Shown: positions 50,396 through 62,760 of the stretch, one piece after another
Layout of the letters: each line of letters begins with the position of its first letter
Position numbering within the stretch: the first letter of the stretch is position 1
Source of the DNA: Euprymna scolopes
Lineage: Eukaryota
Assembly (NCBI GenBank): GCA_053919585.1
Contig: CM132806.1
Direction: 5' to 3' (one strand)
DNA length: 64,000 nucleotides
Position numbers and translations under genes: made by a program
Notes under the pieces: model-generated
Database searches by the model: none
The model's input: only the letters and a program-made list of their open reading frames with translations
Told to the model about the DNA's origin: nothing

Positions 50396-51541
50396 TAATG
50401 CACGAATGATTAAAGGGCTCAATAGTGGTGGTCTTTTGATAAAGCAACGCAGATTCAAACGAAAAATGAAGCATTATAAACTTGACCCTGAAAGCATGAT
50501 ATGTACGCATAAGTCGCAGAGTAAATGGACCTGTATTTATAAAGTCCAAATGGTTTTACGAGAGCGCACACACAAAGGAAGGGTAACAAAGTTTGAAATG
50601 AATTTTTATTCAAGGCTAGACTTAGTGAACATAATACACGTCTCAACATTTCACCTTAATTAGAGAGTAGACCAACGAAGATAAAGTATCCTAACGCAAT
50701 AGTAAATATATCATTTTCTGGTCTTAATAATGTCTTCGGCTGATCATTCTATTCGACATGAAAGACAATTATTCAACATTTGCTCTGTGGTTCAGTAAAT
50801 TTTATGGAATATTTTGAATATCTGTTTCCACGGTGAGAAAGATTCACTTTGTCTCTGTCTACATCAGAACCTGCAGCCTAAAAATGAAGGGACCAAGCAT
50901 CGTGAATGGAGGGACCAACTATTCTATTATAGTATAATTTACCTTCTAAAACAGAATAAATATAGCTACGATAATGACTCTTTTAACCTGACAGCTGTTT
51001 TTTTTTTAAATTGATAAATCATTGAATACAAATATCTAAACATATACACATAGCTAACTTTATAAATATATTGGCAAAATATGCGACAAGGATGGAAAGA
51101 GGCATCATGGTGAACGAACATATACTACACTGGCCCTAAAACAGGAGGTAATTACTGGGAATATGTTATCAAGAGGATCGAACAATACCCTTTTCATATA
51201 AAAATTCGCGGTTAATAACATTATAATAACACAACACGTACATTAAGGGGATATTATCACGAGAAACAAACATATACTATATTACACCTTAAAAAGAGGT
51301 AATGCCTAAAAGGAATACATCATGGCGAGTGTAAATTTATAGCACTCTCCTCCTAAGGTGGATGTAAATCCTAGAAGGATCCTTCTTATTGAGGATGACA
51401 ATGGTGGAAAGGCGGTAGTATGCTTAGCTAACGGAAACGCATAGAATTTTTGTTTATAACTTCGTAGTTTTCTTTTTACTTAGTAATATAACTCGTCTTC
51501 TTAGGGCTGGTCATCTTTTTTTAATTAAAACGCATTTATTA

Positions 51542-51622
51542 TTAGGTTGGTGCAAAAATAACGTCGTTTTTTATTAGATATATATACGTAAAAAACGACA
51601 TTATTTTTTGCAACAAATCAAA
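51542..51622. mobile_element. ~80-bp palindromic mariner-type MITE (MADE1-like TIR ttaggttggtgcaaaa)
   Basis: Inverted arms around a short TA core, with TA flanks. Confidence 0.65.
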
Positions 51623-51740
51623 TATATATAATGTGTGTAAGTCTGTGTGTGTTTTCGCTTATACATGCATAAGCCGACTAACCGCTAGAATTGCAAAAAA
51701 CAAAAAAGAATTTAACTACATATCTTTATAAAGTTAATTA

Positions 51741-51769
51741 TTAGGTTGGTTAAAAATAATGCCGTTTTT

Positions 51770-51805
<36 letters not shown>

Positions 51806-52435
51806 AAGGAGATTAGAACAATAGTCTAAAGAGCAGAGTGTATTTTAATGTAATAGTAAAATTACTAGTTTAATTAAAATACAGGAAAGAAAAAGTGCTC
51901 GTTGTAATTTAGATATATAATAAGCTCGATAGGTAAATATCCTAGAGCTAATTTAATATTTAGTAATGTGATTGATAATTTAAAAATCAAATTATAATTA
52001 AATTAAAAATCCGTTTCATAAACTAAAAAGCTATAGCAAGCATCTATATGAGTACTTTAACCATAGTTCCTGATTTCAAAAGGCGAAAAATTAAAAGATA
52101 CATCTGCCTTACTTTTTATGCTAGGTTTATTTATGGTGTCTTTTAAATTTAATAAAAACCCTTCACAATATTTGCTGATGAGGAAACCCTGTTTGTTAAA
52201 AAACTATATGTAATAATTATTGTCCGTAACTTGATGTCTACCACAATAAAAACACTGTTTTCCGAAACGATCGTGCAAATAATTGATTTTGTTGTTGTTG
52301 TTCCTTCTTATGAAACGGATTTTTAATTTAATTATAGTTTGATTTTTAAATTATCAATCACATTACTAAATATATATATATATATATATTTATATATACA
52401 CGTCAAAAAACGAAATTATTCTTGCACTAACCTAA
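51741..52435. mobile_element. Second mariner-type MITE whose central TA tract holds a ~570-bp hammerhead-bearing insert
   Basis: TA|ttaggttggttaaaaataat ... attattcttgcactaacctaa|TA. Insert bounded by (TA)n on both sides. Confidence 0.7.
52169..52281 (+). ncRNA. Hammerhead ribozyme motif with long stem II/loop, probably inactivated (GUG cleavage triplet)
   Basis: tatttg-CTGATGA-ggaaa...tttcc-GAAA-cgatcg-TG-caaata. 6-bp stem I and palindromic stem III. Confidence 0.65.
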
Positions 52436-53170
52436 TACTTTAACCTACCAACACCACTACAGAATTTGTCCAACAAGTATAACTGGCTAAGCTTCAGTTA
52501 TGCCCATTTCAAACATACTGTGATTATCGGGTTGTATAAATAAAATTCCTAACAACATTTCTACAAGTAGAATGAAGATAGCTGCATATTTTGACTTTAT
52601 TTAGGTACTCACAGTTAACATTCTTCTTTGTTTACGATTTACATTTTACGTAAGCCGCACAAAATGATTTATTAAGGTTTAATACGGCCTGCAGTTCCCC
52701 TTGTTTAATCTTCGTTTTGAATAATATAAATCATATTCAATAAAGCCCTTGTTAACTACCATATCAATGCGAAACTTCTTTCTGACTTACACTATCAATT
52801 TAGGAAATCCGTCCCACTGTAGATATCTTAACGGACATCTCTGAACACATATATACTGCACGATAATTCATCAGGACTTAGAGTGGGAACCATGCACATA
52901 TTCAAAGCCTATAACAAGGTCTGGAATAAAAAAATTCCTCACAAAAATGAAATAATACGGTATTTTTGAATGAATGCTTAACATAAAAAGATCCTTTTTA
53001 AACAAGAGAAACATCTAGATGGTTCAAGATGGTTGTACGTTTAATCGACATGATATTAATGTTGCATCCATGTGTCTGCCTAAAAAGTACTTTAATGGAA
53101 TATGTTTTGTAAGATAACATCAGGGTTATAGTGTTAATTGCCCATCTATCTATCTATCTATCTATCTATC

Positions 53171-53202
<32 letters not shown>

Positions 53203-54289
53203 GTGATAAGTGGGTTAAACCAGTGACCTTGCTAGGCTAATAAGAGAAATATTATTTTGGTAAAATAAGTTTCGCTAAAAGTTAATCATGTAAATAGTTA
53301 AGTGATATGTTTATAGATTTAGGTGTAGTTAGCCATAAACATAAGAATGTAGACATCCGAACCAATACTTGATAAGTGGCATGGTTCACGCCACATTTAG
53401 AAAGGTGACCGGAGGTCATGTTAAGAAGACGTGTCCTTTAATCGGCTACGTCACCGGAATTGACAGATCGAAACGATTAGAGCTGGGAGTTTGGATTTGG
53501 TCACCAAAGTGTGCATGCATACTCAAAAGGCTAGAAAAACACATGTAGACACGTAGTAGACTTTGTGAAACACGGAGACATCTGAAATAAATTTATATTG
53601 ATAAAATATAAAGTTTTCTCAATCATCTTATTGTGTTAGTATGGTGGACAGTCATCACAGCGTCCAGCACCAGGGACACAAAGGACCTCCGGACAGAAAG
53701 GTATGAAGCATGATTCTTCTTCTTCCACATTGTGCCCCTTGACACTTCCGACTAATTTGATAAGCAGTAAAATCCCACGCCACCACTATTGAGATCTTCA
53801 GATGCTGACAAACCTTCTACTGTAACAATTCCTTTCCTCTGACTGGTAAACTTTAGAACTCCCTCCCCAATTCCTTCTTCCTTTCTTAATTCCCATGCAT
53901 AAGTTTAAATATAATGTGAACAAACATCTTACTGGTTAACTGCCTACAAGATATGATCCAAAATACTTACCCCTTTTTTGGGGGGGCGGTGAAGATTTAA
54001 GTATATCAGTAATTTTTTTGCTATTTTTTTAATCTACAGTTTCGGGTTTATTTTAAGTTCAAAAGTTTCTTACTTCGCCAACATATGTATATCTTATGTT
54101 AATTTATGACAAATCTCGACTTTAACTTTATTTAATGGCTGAGGTTTTATTAAAAGTACACATATTGTAATAGTGTAAAATCTTTGGGCGGTTATACGCT
54201 ATATAGAAGTAATACACTTATATGAAAATAGTAAGGTTTGAATATAATCATTACACTCACATCTTGAGATCAAAATGAGATTTAAATGT

Positions 54290-55240
54290 ATAGAGAGTGT
54301 TGAAACAAAACAAAAAATGAAAAAAAAAAAAAACAGAATAGGCAATGAGCCAAAAATTTGTGTATGCACAGAAAAACTTTTTTTTTTGGGGCAGTAGTTA
54401 GATTTATATATTACATCATTTTCAACAAATCGTTATCAGTGGAGACTACTAGCTCCAAGCGGTTAAGAAATGAGTCAAACGATTTGGTTACTATATCTTT
54501 GTTCATAGCAACTTTACACCTTCACGGTGCCAGCCTTCACATAGTCGCCCGTTTTGTGGATGTACTTGTGTATTTTGGCTTTAATCACGCTCCAGAAGAA
54601 ACAGTCAAGAAATTGCAGTCAGGTGGAAAAGTTAGCAACGTGCCACGAACAGTGCAAAAAAAAAAAAACATTATTCAGCTGTCACGCGTTAGTCGTCTGG
54701 GCCTTCTTGGCCAGACTTGGTTTCTGTAGGAAGGCTTTGGCTTGTGAGGCAGCTATCTTATCTACACAGGACTAACCTTTGATCATTATCATCTCAAGAT
54801 TTCGTCTACTTTTTGTTAAGCGTCGGGTTTTGTCTGTAACACCCTGTTTAAAAAGAGAAACTATCCGACAAAAGCTCTCAGGATGCCGATGTCTGTAAGC
54901 TCTTGTGATACTTTTAAAGATTTTTACGTTAAACGATAGGAAGCAAGTCGTAGTTTATGTAAGCGCGTACTATTGCACATGTGAATTTTCAGCAATGAGC
55001 GACCAAGAAAGAAATCAATAAAACAAAGTATTTTTACATACGTGCGAGGTCGCTGCTCTCAAATCTCCGATCGTCGCTTTTCTATGCGTGGGTTATGACC
55101 CTTCGTCGATGTTGATCTGTTTAACTGTAGAGTGTCCTTTTCCTCTACGCGAACTGGATTAAACATTTTTTTTTATTTTTTTTTTTACTTTGAATACCTG
55201 AGGTCACCCCATCTTCTATTTCGACGCCTGTACATACCAT
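54290..55240 (-). mobile_element. Possible very decayed Tc1/mariner-like remnant
   Basis: Minus-strand DCFFWSVIK resembles the D.F.W motif after the third catalytic residue. Ends not resolved. Confidence 0.35.
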
Positions 55241-55832
55241 CCGCAGCCGGGCCCATCCCCTTTTATTACCACTTTATTCTGACATATATTCTCATGTGTT
55301 TACCTGTTTAACTCAAGAGGAATCTAATCATGCATGGAAACACAATAGAGGCTTGCTGCGATTTCAAAGGTTTTATTCAGAGGATTTGCTCGTCGTAAGA
55401 GATGCCACGTAAAAAATTTCTTAATTTTCTTACTTATCCCTTACATGGTCGACGTGCGAGCAAAGTCTAGGAGCCATATTCACTAAAATTATCTCTACAT
55501 CTTTAGAACACATACTGTCTCTCTCGCTTCCAAAGTTCAATGACTCGAAATTCTGTTCTCTCTCCCGAACTCGCGACATTAATTCTTTCTAATACCATTC
55601 GACACCAGAATTTCTAGTGCGTTTTGTCTAGGGAAGTAACCCTTAGCATCCCATTTCAATCACACCACCAGAATCTGGTTTATTTATGTTTGTCCTCAGG
55701 TTATCCTGACATGTACTTATGTATCCTTCGTCAATATTCATACTAGTTAACGTAATCTCTACTTACGGGCGTAAGATCTGAATATATAAAATAGTTATGA
55801 ATAATCTCGATTTCTATTTTCTTTTCTTTCAG

Positions 55833-55998
55833 ATTTTCCTCGTGATTGTCATGAAGCTAAATTTACATATGGCATCAAACACAACGAATCCATGTTTATT
55901 GATGTTGATGGACCGGAAGGACCACGTCATCCAATACCAATCTATTGTCAAATGAAAGAAGAGTTTCATGTCGGAATAACTATTGTCTCTCACAAACA
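55833..55998 (+). CDS. Coding exon 11: start of fibrinogen-like domain 2 (DFPRDCHEAKFTYGIKHNESMFIDVDGPEGPRHPIPIYCQMKEEFHVGITIVSHK)
   Basis: ttctttcag acceptor and gtacgt donor, phase 1-2. PRDC...IDxDG..GP..P..YCxM...T.VSH motif. Confidence 0.93.
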
Positions 55999-57978
55999 GT
56001 ACGTATCACGTCCTGTTGTCTCTTTTCACAGAAGGTTTGCACGTGTGATTATATTTAGTTTGTAGCAGTGACGAAATGGTTTATCCCGCATGTAGGAGTT
56101 GAAGTGAAAATGAATTATTTAATGATTAGTATCGATTTTTGGCAATATTTTATCTTCCAAGTCAATGCAAATTACTACAAATATTCTTTATTTTTTGATC
56201 CAGCTAACACTATATCGTATGAATAAATATTTAAAGATATAAACAACTTGACGTATAAAAGCGGTTTTTTTTTCAAAACATTTTTATAGGAAGCTAATAC
56301 CGTTGGTTGGGTTATAATGCTTAAGTTTGAAATAGAATTTTCTTTAATTTTGTCTGTTATGCTTAAAATTGGAATAGTGTATTCAAATTGGAATAGTGTA
56401 TACATATGTATCCACCCATCGGTCAATCAGACTATTGCTGTAAATATATATTAAAAACTGAATTACATGTGATTGTCTCTGCCCCTTCCACGAAATATGG
56501 GTCAATTTTATTTTGTTTTCAAACTCTCATTAAATTATAGAATTATATATATGATNNNNNNNNNNNNNNNNNNNNNNNNNNNNNNNNNNNNNNNNNNNNN
56601 NNNNNNNNNNNNNNNNNNNNNNNNNNNNNNNNNNNNNNNNNNNNNNNNNNNNNNNNNNNNNNNNNNNNNNNNNNNNNNNNNNNNNNNNNNNNNNNNNNNN
56701 NNNNNNNNNNNNNAATAATTTTTGCAAGGAATGAAGCTGGTTAAACAAAATATTGTTAGGAACTTAAAAGATTACGCTACAAGATTCAATTTAAAATTTA
56801 TAAATTTTCAAAGTGAAATTTTATAAACTGTACAGAACCTGGTATATAACTTTAATTGACTTTAAATCTAAAAAGTATCTTTTATGTTATGTTATGTTAT
56901 ATATATTTTGTTGCGCATAAAATAAGTCTCTACATTACTAGTAAAACCATGTTACTACGCCCCACCTTATCAGAGAAATAACTTTTTCAAATGATCAGTG
57001 AAAAACAAATAAAACAAAATTAAGAACACCCCCCAAAGCAGTAAAATCAATCTCTTTTCACGCACCTCTAGAAAAGAAATTCTTTTTTAAGTGAGCACTG
57101 ACAAAAATAGAGCACAGTAATGAATCCAGTAAATAAAATTAAGCAGGCTTCTAGAACACTACTGGAACCAAATTCTTCTTCTAGAGGAGAATTTATATTT
57201 TAAAGAGGCCTCCAGTGCACGATTAAAATAATTTTTAAGTACCTTATTACTTATTTAAAAAAAAACTACACGATCTTTTTATGCAATTTTTTTTATTGTA
57301 CGACTTTTTTTTCTGCCACAATCGAGATATACAGTTAGATTATCAAATAAATGGTATATCTTTAAGCGATTTTAAAATAGAAAGGTCAGTAGATTATTTC
57401 CAAAAGCTAGTTATTAAGATTATTGTTAGATTATTGTAAGGTAAGATTATTGTTAGGGAGAACAAAGTGTATCAATATATAATAGAACATAATGTATCAA
57501 TATATAAGAAAACATAATGTATCAATATATAAGAGAAATAATTATGCGAACATATTATTATAACTCACAGAAAGAGATCCTAGAACTGAGAGAATCCCGA
57601 ATAAAATGAGATAAAAAAATTAAGAAAAAGTGTAGTTAATATCCCAAAAGCGGAAAGTTATCTAATCCAAACAACAAATGAATACAAAATCCAGACATCA
57701 ATAAATAAAAATGGATGTAAACCATATATGCATAAAAAAGTCGGTAAAAGGATAAAAAAATCAAACCTATAGATAGAAAGGTTAATAAGACAATGATAAT
57801 ATTAACTATTAATGGGAAAACACTAAAATGAAAAGATGCGGGAAGAGAAACGAATTTAAATTACTTAATATGAATAAATAAACAAATATGTACAAAAAAT
57901 AAAGAAAGTAAAAAAGTACAGAAATGGAAAAAAAGGAAAGGAGTAAGAGACAATGGAGATAATATAGGAAGATAGAAA

Positions 57979-59663
57979 TTTCCTCCTATAACACAGAACA
58001 AGCTAGGTAACATACAAATATCCGTGCATGAGGTCGCCAAGCTAATCAAGAACCTAGATTCCAGTAAAGCAACTGGCCCTGATGGCATCCCAATTATAGT
58101 GTTAAAAAAGCTTCAACCAGAACTTGCTCCCATACTTACGAAACTATTTAAGCGCTGCCTTAAGGAGAAGTGCTTTCCGACTCCCTGGAAGACCTCATCA
58201 GTTTGCCCTGTATTTAAGAATTCAGGTGATAAGTCATCTCCCTCTCAGTACAGACCAATAAGTCTCCTGTGTGTTATGAGTAAGTTGCTGGAATCCATAT
58301 TAAATAGAGAAATAGTCAACCACCTCAGCAGGAATAACCTTCTTAGTGACACACAATATGGTTTCCGCTCTACAAGATCTACCGCAGATGTGTTGACGGT
58401 TATATCCCACACGATTAGTGAATCTCTTGACAAAGGCTTCCTTTCTAGGGCAATTGCTCTTGACATATCAAAGGCCTTCGACAAGGTATGGCACAAGGGT
58501 CTACTTCACAAGATTTCCAGCTACGGTATAACTGGAAATGTTTTCTCAATCATTAAATCATTTCTCTCCGATAGGCTCATAAGAGTAGTGGTAGATGGAG
58601 AAAAATCGGAGGCCTGCAATATAAATGCTGGAGTCCCTCAGGGGTCAATCCTGGGCCCAACTCTCTTCCTGATCTACATCAATGACCTCCCTAAACACAT
58701 ACTTAAATCATTCGTTGACATCTATGCTGATGACACAACCATCTACCGCAACACATCAAAGGCTGTAAATGACAAAGTTCTCTCTGATTCTCTCTCCTCT
58801 GATCTCGAGCGCGTGGTTCAGTGGGGGAAGATGTGGCTGGTTACCTTTAATGGATCCAAAACCAAACTCCTATCCTTACATCATCAACGCTCTGATCCCC
58901 AGCTGGCATCAATTGTGATGGATGGCTCTCGTCTGGGTGAGGCCCCGTGTTTTGACAAGCTTCTGGGTTTGACTTTTACTCCTGATCTGAAATGGAACAC
59001 GTACATCAAGTCTGTTGCCAAGGTCGCTGGAAAGATGGTGGGATCCTTCTGCCGCTCCAGAAGATATCTCACTACTGATGCAATTCTCTATCTATATAAA
59101 AGCTAAGTACGTCCAAGAATGGAATACTGTTGCCATATCTGGGCAGGAGCTGCTAAAAACAGCCTATCCTGCCTTGACAGAGTACAAAATAGACTTCGTG
59201 GCTTAGTGGGGGATTCCCTTTTCTCTACCCTGCAACCTCTCTCCCACAGAAGAGACGTTGCGAGCCTATCCTTGTTTTATCGTTATTTCCATGGCAGGTG
59301 CTCGTCTGAACTCCAATCTCTGGTCCCCCTCGCCAATCTTTCATGAAAAACACCTGTCTAGCTGAATCCACTGTGAAAAATTTCCCCCACTTTATATCTG
59401 TGCCTAAATCAAAACGCGGATTCCATGAACAAAGCTTCTTTCTTAGAACTGCACGCCTGTGGAACTCTGTTCCGTCTGCCTGCTTCCCACCGGACTACAA
59501 CCTGGATTTCTTCAAGTCCAACGTTAACACATTTCTAATAAACCACCGCCTTAAGTAAACACTTCATCAAATCTCCACAGTAATGTAATGTACTTGCAAT
59601 AACCCTTACCCTTGAGTGGCTTCCGGGCCTTGATAAGTGGTGATCATTGTTTAAAAAAAAAAA
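57979..59663 (+). mobile_element. 5'-truncated CR1/L2-group LINE with near-complete RT domain
   Basis: ORF 58024-59106: KATGPDGIP, YRPISLL, QYGFR, LDISKAFDKVWH, GVPQGSILGP, YADD. One CAA-to-TAA stop at 59104 and a frameshift near 59340. Poly(A) at 59653-59663. Confidence 0.95.
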
Positions 59664-60335
59664 GGTTTTCGAGTGGGCGTATTAAAATGTATCAACAAAT
59701 ATGAGTTAAAAAGCAAAGAGAAGACAGACTAATATATGCATGTTAACAGACTAGACAAACAAAAACTATGTCAAAGAGACAGCAATGTGGGTTCCTTCAG
59801 TCTTGACAGACAATGGGTACCCACTTTGTTGCGCATAAAATAAGTAAGCCTTTAGAGTACTACTAAAACCATGTTACTACGCCCCACCTTATCAGAGAAA
59901 TTACTTTTTCAAATGATCAGTGAAAAACAAACTGTACGTGAAATTTGTGTGGCAAGAGTTGCGCAGTCTCAAGAGAAAGAAAATTAAAACTGTAAGTTGA
60001 ACTTTACAATCAAAATTTATTGTTCGATTGAATACTCCAAAAAACAATTTACGAACTTCTTATTCCGCAGTTTCAAAGATTGCTATTCTTTTTATTCTTA
60101 TCATCAGAGGACATAAAGAAATCAGCAAATTATATTTGTATCAATGCTAGAATTTGCTAGTTAAGGCATTAAGTGAAACCACAATTTATTGTAGTTATAA
60201 ATTGCCCCAAAAAACAAACAAAAAAAATTGAAAAAATGTTGGATATGTAAAAACCCAAACCGCGCATAATATTTCAGCTTGAATGAAACTCCTCTCAAGT
60301 TGATCCAAAATGTAAATGTATTCTCTCTCCCCCCC

Positions 60336-60379
<44 letters not shown>

Positions 60380-60471
60380 TTATTTAATTTTATTTTAAAC
60401 ATCAGGTAGGCCATTGCTTCATATGGTACCTACGCTAAACGGAAAATATCCATCTTATTTATTTTTGCCAG

Positions 60472-60595
60472 AATTGTAAGTACGGAAGCAAAACCCGGCG
60501 TAATAACTATCGAATACTCCTCGCCAATGGAGGACATCCGTGAATTGATTGCAAATTCGAGATTCTGTATACAGGAATTAAAATACGAATGCAAG
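60472..60595 (+). CDS. Coding exon 12: fibrinogen-like domain 2 continued (IVSTEAKPGVITIEYSSPMEDIRELIANSRFCIQELKYECK); gene continues beyond the window
   Basis: tttttgccag acceptor and gtaacg donor, phase 2-0. Caspr motif Y...M..I..LI..S.FC.Q...Y.C. Confidence 0.92.
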
Positions 60596-61859
60596 GTAAC
60601 GTTGCAAAACTTTTCACCTTTTCATATTTTCGCTATCTTTTAAATCTTTTCATCCGTATCAACAAAGTATAAGGCCTGTGCAAGTATTTCCATGTGCAGC
60701 TACAACTTTCTGATGTTTTCTTTAAATATATACAGTAAAATAAAGTCTCAAAAGTATTATAAATGGTGACGCCAGCACTGACGAGAATGCATTCACTTTT
60801 GTTTTATTTTACTTCAGTCGAAGTTCTCACAAAATCAAGGGGACCACAACCCGGGGGAGAACACTTGAAGTCTATATGAGGTACATAGATATTCGAATGT
60901 TCCATTCAAGTTATTTATCTCTCAAACGCTGATTAGAAAAGAAATTGAGAACAGAGATTTCCTCTCCTCAATTAACCATTTTTATACGTTGTATTATATC
61001 TTTCATTTTGGTCTCTTGGTCTTACTGGATTCCAGGACAAGAATTTATCTAGTCTGGTGGAGTATAAAGCTTCGTGCTATTACTTGATGTAAGATCACTT
61101 CGAGAAAGTGCACCATTCCTTGTAAAATCTAATTAGGATTAGCGGTAGTGAGGAGATCTTATTGTCAGCGAATACTATGTGATTTTGAATATTTGATCAG
61201 GGTTTACTTCTATGGAAAAAGTATCCTCATGCCAGGTTGTTCTGACAAACCCCTGTACAGAAAGACCTTAGACACTCGAGGACAGTGTCTAGTAGGCATT
61301 CAAGTTCTCTCCCATTCATTCATAGCTCTCTCATTCATAGAATAGATCTCATGTCCAGCCAAATCCATAGTGCTAATAGCAGATAATCATATAGATAGCT
61401 CTTTGTTGTTATCATCTGTTAGGTGGCTTTGATTTTAACATCGTATATATACTAGATTGTAATTCCCGCCAACGCCACACGCTTCTCTTGGTTTATATAA
61501 AATATTGTTTAAGACACAACGAAAACAAGCTAATGTTATATTTTATTTAGAAATTTTAAGCTTGTATTAAACGTCCAAGTTAACTGCAACAAGCAGGTTG
61601 AAACACAGCGACAAAACAAATTAATGTAGGGAAACGGATAAATTAAATTTATGATGTTTGATTTGATTTAATTTATATTGATCAAGTGTGTTGTGTATAA
61701 TTATATTTTTAAGAAGTACTTAACGGTGATGTTTGGATGGGAAATATTGTAAATGATATTATTTGCTATACCTGAGTTTAAGATCTTGGTGTGTGTATTT
61801 AACTTGTAGATCCATTTATTTTTTCTATTGTGCTATGTAGAATTGAAAGTTATGTGAAG

Positions 61860-62760
61860 CTATACGCGTTTTAATTTATCTATTGTATTTTTTATTAGAT
61901 TGTAATGTAGTAAGAATAATGAGTGAGTGTTATTGCCTCTTATCGCTTCTTGTAGGTGTTTAAGATCCAATAAGAACAGAGTGTCTGTCGTGCTGATATG
62001 ATCATCCTGACTTCAATAGGTGCATTACCGTGAGAATTTTGAATTGGTTGACTTGCCGAGGGTAGGTTGGTGGGGAAGAAAGGAGTGCTGGTAGCTGTGA
62101 CCAACACGGCCGGTGGTCCGTTAATCAAAGAGTGCCTATTCCTTACAAGTTAAATAGACATTCCAGTCACGCGTGAATCTCGTTGACTGAGAGTTGGAGT
62201 AGATAAAAAGGGGTGGCCGCTCTACTGTTGTTGTAGTAGTTGTTGCTGCCTTTTAGACAAATTACACTTCGACCATCGTTACCCATTTGTTACTTTTACA
62301 AGGAAAGACTGCTTGTAAGCAACGTCGACATTTCGTTGCAAGACTTAAACTGTCTTTTCTTCCCCTCCCCCCTACTCGTCGGTATGCTAATTCCGACATT
62401 ACATATAGTAAATGAAGTTAGCACTGTAGCACATTATACCCGGGAATTCGAGGTTGATATGGGAATTAGAAAATGTGATAACAGGTTCCGTATCTATATA
62501 ATCGCAGATCTTACGTCGATTTTAATTGCATGGTTGTTCTATTATAGTTTTGCCCTGGCTAACGCGTAGGGTGCTGATACATTAGCTGTTTGTCTTCTAG
62601 CATTGTTTGGAATTTCGTTTACTAGAGAGGTTATGCCTGGAAATATAGGAAGATTTTGGATAGTAAAGATTTCGCCTATGATCTGACGTCAAAGACCATT
62701 AGGATCTGTTATTGTTTATCTTGTCTTGTAAACGATCTATTTTGTCGGGCGTAATTTATT
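61860..62760 (-). mobile_element. Heavily decayed Penelope-like GIY-YIG region
   Basis: Minus strand CYSANFIYYM*CRN*...GE resembles C.S.N.IY...C..C...Y.GET, and SYWILN occurs further on. Confidence 0.45.

Noticed and set aside
34643-60595. Calling the gene CNTNAP/Caspr/Nrx-IV
   Set aside because: Only the fibrinogen-like module is shared. No discoidin or LamG exons were found between the signal peptide and this module, so no symbol was assigned.
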